Shown here piece by piece: positions 1 through 10,200 of a stretch of 64,000 nt of DNA. The notes under the pieces were generated by a model that was not told the DNA's origin, did no database searches, and saw nothing but the letters and a program-made list of their open reading frames with translations. This DNA comes from Ramazzottius varieornatus. Lineage: Eukaryota > Animalia > Tardigrada. Position numbers and translations under genes: made by a program. The stretch's first letter is position 1. Every line of letters begins with the position of its first letter. The DNA is taken from positions 2,297,663-2,361,662 of the forward strand of contig BDGG01000003.1 of assembly GCA_001949185.1 (NCBI GenBank). The letters run 5' to 3'.

Positions 1-635
1 CGACGAGGTCTTCGATGAGCGTTGTCAGAAACAGTCTTGTGCGCGTCTCGAACCTGATCACTGGAATATATGCTTTCGAACAAAGTTTACTGACCGGAAC
101 TGGAGAAAAAAGAGTCTAGGTCTTCGACAGGGTGCGCCGTGCCGGTACGGTTTGTGCGTGGAAGAGCGGAAACACTGCCGTCCGGCCTTTTATTTCGAAG
201 CGTTATCCGACTGATTTATTGTTTTTATGAATAGAACAGAGAATCGTGTTCGTGAAGGGCTTTTACCATCGTATGTTCTTGTTCTGGCAGTTATGGGTTC
301 TTCGTGTGGGAAAGGGGAGTTGGATGGCTCGTTGTTGAATGTTGACCATATCGGTCCACAGTTTGAATACACAGTACGAGTAGTACTTGCCGTGTCACAC
401 AATCAACCTTTTCTCAATCAACTCATAGCAGTGAGGCGTCGCTCACGTAATCGCAATCTCATCGTTGTGGAACGTCGAGTTGGAATTTTCGGTTCTTCGG
501 TTCTTCGTTGTTACAACTTCTTACGTAATCCCAGCCTCTTCTCCTGGTCGATCCACGTGAGGTTGTTGATCGAAGTGGTGTCTGGCTGATTCTGCGATCG
601 TGTAATTCTTGGCCTGCCTGTGTGACGGAACTATC

Positions 636-1829
636 ATGGCCGATCTGGATGACTTCTTCGCCAAGAAGGACAAGAAGAAGCCGAAGAAGAAGGATGATAC
701 CCTGAAAGCTGCCGACCTCTTCAAAGCTTTGGACAACGCTGCCCTGAACATTGAAACAGAGGAAGATGAGGAACGACGGAACAAGCGCGATCTTCAGCTG
801 GGCGCTGTCCTGTCGGAAGTGGTCAACGTGGAAGAGTTGTCTAAATGGAGTGAGCCTATGGAAGAGGAACAGCTGCCAGACTTGTCTAATCTAAAGTTTG
901 AGTCCATCATCACCCCTGACGAAAGTGAAGAGACGGTCGAGGCTAGTAAAGAAGAGGCTGCCAGGACAGCTAAACCAGTGTGGGGTAACGTCAAGACGGA
1001 AGTTGAGACGACATTGGAGAAGATAAGTGGAACACCGGCTGACTTTGCCCCAGTTGTTGAGGATGTCAAACTTGTCGAACGGACTAAGAAAAAAGACGTG
1101 ACAAAGGAGGCTGAAGCTCTGAAAGTGACGATTTCAGACGTCCAGGCTGGCAGTGAGGGTAAAGAGAAGGGAGCGGAAGAAGGGAAGGCTGATATAGCAG
1201 TGAAAGAAGGAGATTCAGCGGATCAGCACCAAGGAGGCATTCTGGAGTCTGTGGCTAAAGTTGTAGGTAACGCGGCTGGTACTCTCGTTGGAACTGCGAT
1301 AGGTCTTCTTCAGAGTACTACCACCACTGACGAAGGCAAAGGTGATACAGAAAAGGCCCCTGAAGCGGATAAAGAGAAGCCAACTGGAGAAGGAAATAAG
1401 TCAGATGAGCCGAAAAAGTATATTCCCCCATCCTTAAGAAAGAAAATGGAAGAAGAAGCTGCTGCTGCGAAACTGAAACCAGCTGCTCTAGCTCCAGCTC
1501 CCAATACGGTCGTAACAGCAGCTCCAGTTTTTCCTTCAGCTGAAGGGAAGTACATTTCGCCAGCAGTTCGGAAAGCGATGGAAGAGGAGGCGAAGAAGGC
1601 GGCTGTTGCTCCTTCATCGTCTTCCCCGACACCTCCAGCCGCTTCCACTCCCTCGGCTCCCGCGTCTTCCGGAGGAGCGTACGTCTCGATTGGACAGAGG
1701 AAAGCGATGGAAGAGGAACGGATGAAGGCTTCTGGTGGAACTGCAGTGCCCAGACAGTCCTACAAACAGCCGCAGTTGGACAATAAAGAAGAGTTTCCAA
1801 GTCTTGGTGGTCCTGCCAGAAAGAAGTAG
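636..1829 (+). CDS. CDV3: CDV3-like protein, intronless and expanded (~397 aa)
   Basis: ATG at 636 gives MADLDDFFAKKDKKKPKKK, the CDV3 N-terminal signature (LDxFFAKxDKKK). It also has a PVWG motif, a KYIPPSLR motif and C-terminal EEFPSL, in CDV3 order. Low-complexity acidic/Lys/Ala-rich body. Confidence 0.85.
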   Translation: MADLDDFFAKKDKKKPKKKDDTLKAADLFKALDNAALNIETEEDEERRNKRDLQLGAVLSEVVNVEELSKWSEPMEEEQLPDLSNLKFESIITPDESEETVEASKEEAARTAKPVWGNVKTEVETTLEKISGTPADFAPVVEDVKLVERTKKKDVTKEAEALKVTISDVQAGSEGKEKGAEEGKADIAVKEGDSADQHQGGILESVAKVVGNAAGTLVGTAIGLLQSTTTTDEGKGDTEKAPEADKEKPTGEGNKSDEPKKYIPPSLRKKMEEEAAAAKLKPAALAPAPNTVVTAAPVFPSAEGKYISPAVRKAMEEEAKKAAVAPSSSSPTPPAASTPSAPASSGGAYVSIGQRKAMEEERMKASGGTAVPRQSYKQPQLDNKEEFPSLGGPARKK

Positions 1830-2296
1830 AGAGAGTTTGGTTGGTCGGATGTTGTATTGGTCGGTTAGAGAAAAGTCTATTCTTTCTAGAAGGTTTTGAT
1901 ACTTTGCTAGTTTGGAGTGACTCGGTCGATGAGATTCTCCAGTTGATATAGCCTGAACTTGGTCAGAAGATTCCATGTTGGGCACGTGGTGCGTTCCTTA
2001 TGCAACCCGAAAGAAGTTTTTGGAATGTCTGCCATAAAACAAGGAAGTATTCGCCGGTACAGCGCCTGTCTGATATTACTGTAGTTCGGTCATTTGTCCA
2101 TGGATGAATACGGATCGGTCCGTGTTTGCGGGAGCTGCGCAGGTTTTAGCCTTGTTTACCACAGGAAGTCGGCGATAAAGTCAAAGTCCAATTACTATGC
2201 GCTGTAGCTAGACGTTCATTGAGTTCATTCAGCTTCAGTTATTCAACTGGTCGAACTTCCTTTTCTTTCATGAAAATGTATGCCATTTTTTTCCAG

Positions 2297-2425
2297 ATTC
2301 CGGGCCGGGCTTTCCACCTATTATGGAGGAGCGTCCTTGCGCCGTACTTTTTCCAACCGGCACCACCGGAAATGGATGAGAAGAAGCAGAAGAAGATGGA
2401 GCGAAAAGGAAACAGAAGACAGTAA
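2297..2425 (+). CDS. TMEM208: TMEM208 (SND2)-like last exon; upstream exons not cleanly recoverable
   Basis: Acceptor ttttttccag at 2296, then IPGRAFHLLWRSVLAPYFFQPAPPEMDEKKQKKMERKGNRRQ*. This matches the TMEM208 C-terminus (PGRAxxLLW...PWF...EKxQxxxER). A fragment VFAGAAQVLALFT at ~2122-2160 resembles the preceding TM segment. Confidence 0.7.
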   Translation: MPGRAFHLLWRSVLAPYFFQPAPPEMDEKKQKKMERKGNRRQ

Positions 2426-2650
2426 ACTGCTCAACGAGGTACTTTCCCGGTTTCCCTATAGTCTTAATTTATTCTTTTCTTTTTCTGACAAAGTCTAAAA
2501 CCTCTATAGAGAAACTGACCGTTCGAAAACCGTCCTGTGAAAACCACACACCTTCCCAAGGCTTTCTACAAATAACAGTTCAAGTGTAGAGAAACTGGAT
2601 CTATTACTGGTTAAAATCAGGCCGTTTTCTTCGATGTCTAATCGAGTGGA

Positions 2651-2775
2651 TTGGGAGGTCGACGAAAGAGTTGACCCAGATCGTTTTCCCAAGTGACGCG
2701 CGCACTCAGCCAGTGACACAGGAAACGTGCGCGACTTGAGACAACATCGGGTGAAATCATTTGCCGCCGTCCCAA
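2651..2775. repeat. ~125-bp palindromic dispersed element, copy 1
   Basis: TTGGGAGG...CCCAAGTGACGCGC-spacer-GTGCGCGACTTGAG...CATTTGCC...TCCCAA. Confidence 0.8.
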
Positions 2776-5735
2776 CTAAGTAAAAATTTCATTGGCTACT
2801 TTATAAACATTCAGCAAAGGAATTTACATTGGCTAATGTTGCAATGTTGTCCGCTATTGTTACCGCCACTCATATCTATGAGTCTATTTAACCTACGAGT
2901 AGCTATCGAATATGGGTCTTGCCACTCTTGTACACTCCATATTGGGGTAGATAATGTTGCTCGTTCCCAATTGGTCACGACAGACACATTTCAAGGACTA
3001 CGAGAGTAGCGGTAGACCTAAAAGAATATTGCTGTCGAGTCTCCGCGCTACGCCACAGCATCACGCTCGTGGAGCTCTCAGCTGTTACGTGCGGAATACG
3101 GGCTTTTGCATCAGAACACTTTCCGCTTGGTGTGCATGGAATAGCGAATGTTTCGGATGGTGTCATCTCTGTGCAAGTGATTGAATCTGGAGAGAGGCAA
3201 AAGCGAGCCAAGTTGCGTAAAAACGTTTTGACGGGTGATGGGAGGCATGCTTGCAGTGTTGGAATGTGATTATGCGGTGAAGCTTGCTGGCCAGGTGACA
3301 TGCATAATTAAGCTATTTATCTACTGAATGCAAAGTGTCATCTCTCCATACAGCCGCCAGACACTTCCGAGTTATCAGTTCTGACGTGACTTGCCGTAAT
3401 TCCTATCGACCGCCCATATCATAGCCCGAGTGCTGCCTCGAAGTATTTTTGGCAGCTCCGGCAAAGCCTTCGGTTCGGTATGTCCACTCACGTGTCTTTC
3501 CTTCCGGCTTTGTTATGGCAAGTTCAAATTTCTGCTTTTTTCCCTGTTTTTTGCCGCTTCCTGTTCCAAGTTTCCGAATGTTTCCATTGCAGACTTTGAA
3601 GAAGGAAACGTCAGCTCATGAATTGGCATTTCGGCTTCAAGGATAGTTGACGCCAGTACAGCGAGGAGCCTTCGAACGGTGTCGCCTGTTAGTGATTACT
3701 GGCGAAGTCAACCTTGGTCTTGATTATATCTTTGTCCCCTTTCAAGTTTCACATTATGCTGACATTCGAAATCATGGATGTTTTACTGATGAAACTGCTT
3801 GCAGGACCCGGAAGTGGAATAAGCTGAAGAAGAACGATGGACTACCGGAAACAACCTTGAGGCGAGCCGGAAGTCAGTGGACAGCTGCATTCCTCCACGA
3901 TTCATCATGGATCCAATTTGGACTGGCATGATCATCTTTTACAGGTAAGCCTTATGGATAGGTCTGTAAAGATTCCAGACACTGGCGCTTAGTCGAAGTC
4001 AAGTAAAAGGGTTTGGAACCTTTGGCGGTTTCTGTGGTTTCGATACGGGAAGGAAAAATCGAAAACCAAGTCCTTTGTTGATCGCTTGCTCCATTTTATC
4101 CCAATGAATTTTTAAGTGACGAAGCGTGTTTCGAACAGAAAGACCTGCCGGTAAATGGGGCGTCGAAGGCCATGTTTGGAACACACAAGTCCTTTCCGGC
4201 CATGAAACTAGGCCCTACCGGCGTGGGACTATTCGATTGCTGTTGGTATTGTCGCAATCGATGGCGTCATACATTATACCGTGCATGAGTCGAAAGAGAA
4301 AGGGCTGTACCGCTGCTACGCTTGGTTTACACTCGCAACGTCAACCAGGAACTCTGGTTGATCATCGAGGCGACGGGCGAACCAGAGTACACGGTCGATC
4401 CCACGGTGAAGCAGAAGTGCAGTAGGTTAGGTTATCGATGGCTACGAGTATAGTCGATACTAACACTTGGCACAAGTTCGCCGAGTCGGGCTGAGCAAAC
4501 ATTATATCGAGGAGAAATGTGTGTCAGTGGTGCTAGTCAGATCGAGTTTACATTGTTAGCCTACAGTCTCAGGTGAATATTGGAGTAATCAAATATGATC
4601 ATTGCGGTATGTGTACAGTGTACACCGATGCCAGAATTGCCATCGAGACCTGCAGACTAAGCATGGCAACGTATGCCTTCGTATGCCTTCCCCCTCTTTT
4701 ACGCAATGTTTCACTCTCTTTTGTAACCCATCTTGCCATCCGCCATCATCCGTCTTCGAGGGTCCTGTGTTTGTACAAGCACACTCTTGATGACAGCCAC
4801 TTCGGGCCGGAAGTCTCGCTCGCGCCCTCCTTTCCACTGACCAGAAATGGTTCGCGGGTTCTTCCTCATCTCCAAAGTTCGAATTTTGCTTACTCAGTAC
4901 TTTTGATGATGGGACTCTAATCTACTGAAGCGATGAATATTTCACGATGGAATTCAGGGAATTCATCGGGCCGTTGACCCTGTAAGTGCTTTAAAGAAAC
5001 TCATTTCGTTGCAAATTATTGATGATTTAATTTCTTTTTTTTGACGATTCCTGCTTGGCTCGTAAATTAAGATAGAGAGACACCATCGATCGAATTACTT
5101 TTCCAGTATTCTCAATCGATAATCCTTGCACGCGATCGTCGATATCGTAAGACGGGCTTTGAGGAAACCTGAGAGTGTTAAGCTCAATTAGTAGGAGAAA
5201 TTTCTATTGAGATGATTTATTTTTTCTAATGTTATGTTTGTGTCGCCTTGAGATTTGAAGTTGCATCTGCAGCGACTAAGCGAAACAAGAAGGTAGTTTT
5301 AGAAGAGAATATTAGGCCATTGCCAGTCTTTGTGTTCGTGTTCCATTATTCGCGCATGGTCAAACATTGGTCGTAAGGCGCCGGTACTTTAGTAAGGTAT
5401 ACTTCCTGATGAATCATTTTTTAATGGCGATCATGCTCCTTGTCGAAGGCAAGGTTAACTGGCTAGCTAAGACAAGCGGTCAAGCACGACTTGCGACGAG
5501 AGCGATGGAGATTATATTTACCATGCTAACTCCACCAGATCCGACTCTAATCAAACCGGTCGACACCATTTTTCTTTTCCGGCATTTCATCAGAGACGGA
5601 AAAATCTCAGTGTAAAAAATACTCACCATAGTAATTCCGCATTCCTAACTTTGCATTTCATAGTTTACGTAAAGGAATTTCCCTCTATCCATCAGTATCA
5701 TTCCTCCACTTGTTCATTGTGCTATTCAAGGAGAA

Positions 5736-6347
5736 ATGTTTAACGTGGTGGCTTTTGTTATCTGTTTCAGCTTATTGTTCACGGCGGCCTTACTCCTATT
5801 CACGTGCCTCTGTATCCTCTGTAAAAAACGTAAGCGCAAACAACGGAGGACTCGCGATGTCAACCAGATCGTCGTCAACGGCAACAACACCAGGAACCGA
5901 CCCAGCCTTGCCAACCTCTGCAACAGTGATACGGACAGCGTAGGCAGCAGTGAAGACGGAGGACCTCCTCGAAGCAGCCAAAATACTCTACAGATAACCA
6001 TCGGGCGCCCTACCAGCTTCCCTCCAGTCCCACCGGTACGTTCACTGGCCAGCTCCCCAAATCGGCCTAGTGCCCCGAACCTTGACTTGTTCCCTCCGGA
6101 CTACGAGGAAGCCTTGAAGAGTAAGTATGCCAAAGTGTATCATATCTATGAGAACAGCGGGATGATGAGCAGAAGGTGTTCGGCGCCGGCTGCCTTCTTG
6201 TCCTCGCCTTCCTCGTCGGGCTGTTCGTCGCTGTCACTATCGGAGGAAGTACTGGGTTCCAGGCCGAATAGTGTGGCGGAAAGTCCACCGCCGCCTTATG
6301 AGATGGCGGTCTCCATACGTAGCATTGATTCGAGCGGGCATCTATGA
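5736..6347 (+). CDS. Single-pass membrane protein with PY motifs (NEDD4-family adaptor-like)
   Basis: N-terminal hydrophobic helix (FNVVAFVICFSLLFTAALLLF), juxtamembrane CLCILC plus a polybasic KKRKRKQRR stretch, and a disordered tail with PPDY and PPPPY motifs. Confidence 0.7.
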   Translation: MFNVVAFVICFSLLFTAALLLFTCLCILCKKRKRKQRRTRDVNQIVVNGNNTRNRPSLANLCNSDTDSVGSSEDGGPPRSSQNTLQITIGRPTSFPPVPPVRSLASSPNRPSAPNLDLFPPDYEEALKSKYAKVYHIYENSGMMSRRCSAPAAFLSSPSSSGCSSLSLSEEVLGSRPNSVAESPPPPYEMAVSIRSIDSSGHL

Positions 6348-7293
6348 CTTTTTTCTCCCGACTTGAGTGATATGGTTTCCAAAGGACTTTCCTGCGACCA
6401 AACTTGTATGCTGTACATAGTTGTTTTCCTTTTGTTGGTGCGGTACTTATTGTTTCTGTTTTATCTGCTGTTCCTGGTTATCCAACTTTAGGGTTGTTTG
6501 AAGTTGACGCTTTACTAGAGATGCCAAATCATAACGCGTGCTGTACGTAAACTCAAGTCGTCAATCACGAAGTACGAGTACTCGTAGTCGACATTATTCT
6601 CGAGGCTTACGTGAAAGATTACAGGAAAATCTCGTGTGTACGTATTAGGGACGGACGATTAATGGTTACTCGAGTTCCGCCGGAATTCACTTTCGGAACG
6701 TTAATGTAGTTTTCGAAGCCAGTGGAAGTAAGAAAAGTAGTGCCAGAACTCGCGAAAGTGAAAGCCAAGTATGGATTGTACATGTGGTTTCCTTCCGAGA
6801 TATGGGTGCGGTTCGTGACCGTTCGCGAAATCAAAGCGAAACACCACAAAATCAAAACGCGAAATACCATTAATTTCGGGAGTCTCTAGCACAAGCTCCG
6901 TCTGCTCTTCGGACCGTGGTTTCATGGATCGCATTGACGGACTCAGTTGTCAGATAACTGAAGTTTTTGGCTGCAAGGGTAGTCCCGATCGTCCGAAAGT
7001 TACAGGAACACGTCCAGTTTTTCGCTGCAGTATAAGTCAGTCCGAGTCAACTGCGCTTCGTTAGTACGAGTGCGACGAGTATGCGCCAGAAAGTATTTAC
7101 TTATGACGTCAAATCCAAATTTCAACCTGGCCTTCTGCTTTGATTGGAATAGGTGCTTCGGCTTGATTGCTGAAGATGCCTTGTTGAGTGTTGACTTCGT
7201 TTTCATGGAATTCGTACTTTCCACATCCACTTTGATTTGATCCAGCTTTCAAATACCTTTCCCGATACAATAATCTCCATCGCCGTTCACAGG

Positions 7294-10200
7294 ATGCCTC
7301 CTCCACTGAAGCGGAAGAAGGCTGACGCTGGATTAGAGCGCACGTCTCCAACTTCGCATGCAGTGACCGAGGATGAGTATAGCGTAGTCTATAGTAAAGG
7401 TAACTTAAAAGAGCAATAACTTGATTCATTGATTGCTGCGCAATTTCGGTTCGATTCCCCAAACCGTAGCTTTTCTTGGTTTGTTCCAGGTGAAAGCGTG
7501 TGGGCCTATTGGAAGGACAAATGGTTCCAGTCTAAAATTATGGGAACTTCATCCTGTCGTCATCCTCATGACAAGAACCGATCCGTTCTGGGCTACAAGG
7601 TGCACTACGCAAACTGGGGATCCAAGTAAGTTTCCGATATCCTAAATTATTGTGTTTAGGCTTCGGTTGATTATTGATCGAGAGAAGCTGTATGCTTAAA
7701 ATACGGTACAGTAAAACAATCAAACTGTTGAAGAACTCAGTAATAAAAAATTCAGACTTTGGTTGTACTCGAAGACCGAAGTCACGAACAGCTGACAAGG
7801 GATTTACGCCGGTCGGTCCACTGTGATCCTCAAACCAATACGACCGAGAGGTAGAGGGGAGTTTGCTCCACAAACTGAGGTAGACTGAATCGGCGGAAAA
7901 ATCCTGCAATAAAATACGTCTGTTTCACTGCACGCTCTTGCATTCGCCCAATTTCACTCCGAATTGGCTCAAACTATGCCCAAAATTCAGAAACGTGGCT
8001 GTTTTTCTAGTTTTCTATCTGGTGGTACAGTTTTCATGTACCCTGCATGGTTTCATAATGCAGCGTATTGCCTAAAACACTAGCAACTAATTTAGGCCGC
8101 TCCTTCCCCGATCTCTGTATGCGCTGCCACATAGATCTTCGAATTCCTGTGGTACTTTTCTCGATAGTCACAAGGGAGGAACTCGACAAGGTTCGTCCCA
8201 GTTCCCTGCACTATTTGAAACTTGGTGGTTCAGACCTACTCGAACTTCACCTGTTTCGCTGATCTAGTGTTTCCGAGGAAATATTTTCCCAGCGGACCGT
8301 ACGTTCCCAAATTCCCCATGTAAAGCTGTAGACCGTGTTCGGTGGGCTAGATATTCCCCGAAAGTTTGGTGCACCACTTTGGCGAAATCAGCCTTACCAA
8401 ACAAACGAGCTCCAGAACTTCCCCGGTACCCGCATAGCCTTGGGACAGTGCAACCAAACTGCTCGAATTTTTCTGCTAGTTTTGCAATTCCTCTGTTGAG
8501 CACCTAGCTGGAACGAAAGTTCAAGAACAGAACTGCATTTCGCTCGGAGTAGTGGCCGCATTCCTAAAACAGTTTCACCAGGTGTATCACGACTTTGAGC
8601 TGGCACAGCAAATACCTGGTAATTTAGAAATCTGACTGCAGATGCAGCAGATCGGTCTAGGTTTGGTAGATCGGTTCGCTAGAAACCGAAGCCGAGAAAG
8701 CACTACTGTCACTAACTAGTCGAGCTCTTCCGGCTCGGATTTCACAAAAGACCGAAAAGTGGCTGGTGTACTGAGCTAGGTTACGGGTTTCAAGATATTT
8801 AGTCTGCAAGCGCGAACCGTCAAAGTCGCGACAAACTTTCTGTTTCCTGGTCGACATCACTGGACATCTAAAAAGAGATCCGGTTTGAAATCAGAGTTTT
8901 ATAGTTGCTCTTCTGCGCTGCCCTTTTCCGTTCTAATAATCGACAAGCTGCGAGCGAGTCGAAGGCGAAGCGAACAGCTTATAGCATGGTAATTCATGAT
9001 TCATAAAGAGTTCAAATGACACGTAATGTGACTAACCGTAGATTACACTTGTTTGTACAAGTTGTGTGTTAACTACTTACGGTAAAACTCTGCAGCGATT
9101 CGTATTCAGGTGCTTGCCGGATCTCTGTTGAAACGACAGGCACCTCATGTACGTGCATACGTATACCTTGCACAGCGTACGTAACGTACGTACGCGTTTT
9201 TCGACAGAGTCTTTGCTTCGGGCCATTATCACTCTACTCTTGGTAAGATCGGCACAATCAGGATTCGAAGGGGATGATAACATCTACGTCCGGACCCTGA
9301 TAGGTACCGATGAGTCCGGCACGAATCCGATGCCTACAGTTTAGAGTAGGAAACTCAAAAGTGCCATGCGCTGGCGCGCGGTCACGACTCAAACCGTCAA
9401 ACTAGCGCCCTCATGACTTCCCGTCGGACGTTTCTTTTATCCAGAGCTGATTGAAACCCGAATGCCATCCTGAAATGACTGCTGAATATGCGCTCATATT
9501 TGCGAATTACTAGTTCGCTAACAATTCTTGGTAATATGTCGAACCGTAGGTGTGAATCGTGAAGCACACCGTGGCAGATTCAGGACCTCCTGGAGGACGA
9601 ACAGCTCGGAACTTCCGTTGCACCTTCTGGACACAGTGTCTTTTTGTAGGTGTTCTGTAGTCTGAGTGATGTCTGATCCATGTTCGTAATGAAGTAAGGT
9701 GGTTGATTTATGAACCCAGGTTTGTAAATCCTGTGTAGAAGAAACTCCTGGATTTGCAGGACGGAAATGCAAATGGCTATTTAGTTTGCGCATCACGTCA
9801 CGTCTCGTAATGTCAAAGCAAGTACGTTCGCATCGCTCAGAATGTATACAGAGTGTTCCAGCTTCAAAACTTGAAAATCAATCAGTTTTGACTGCACTGC
9901 TGGCTATACCCACACAGCTTGAGATCTGCAGCTTAATTCCTTGATTAAATCAGCTGAAGTACTGTGTAAGCGTAGAGATGGGATAAGTGTGATTAAGTTC
10001 GGTGTGGTATTTTCCGATTTGGTAAACTCTCACACCGAATCGAAAATTTCAGTATGAAATCCACCCCGATATTTTTGATTGGGTAAATTGCTGCACCCAA
10101 ATTTTGATTTATCACACCAAATCAAACCGAAGAATCGGTAAACCGAAAAATATAAAGTTTCTGTTATTAACGGGAAAAACCAGGTAAAACTGGCGCAAAA

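Noticed and set aside
1-600. ORF 227..589 as TMEM208 5' part or an independent gene
   Set aside because: Only vague resemblance (ELDGSLL); no convincing motif or splice structure.
636-1829. Identification as tardigrade Dsup or a LEA/CAHS protein
   Set aside because: Termini are clearly CDV3-type; only compositional resemblance to those proteins.
2780-4950. Short ORFs and isolated splice-like sites (e.g. MDPIWTGMIIFY|gtaag at ~3907-3945)
   Set aside because: Could not be assembled into a stop-free model or matched to a family; may be decayed or error-prone sequence.
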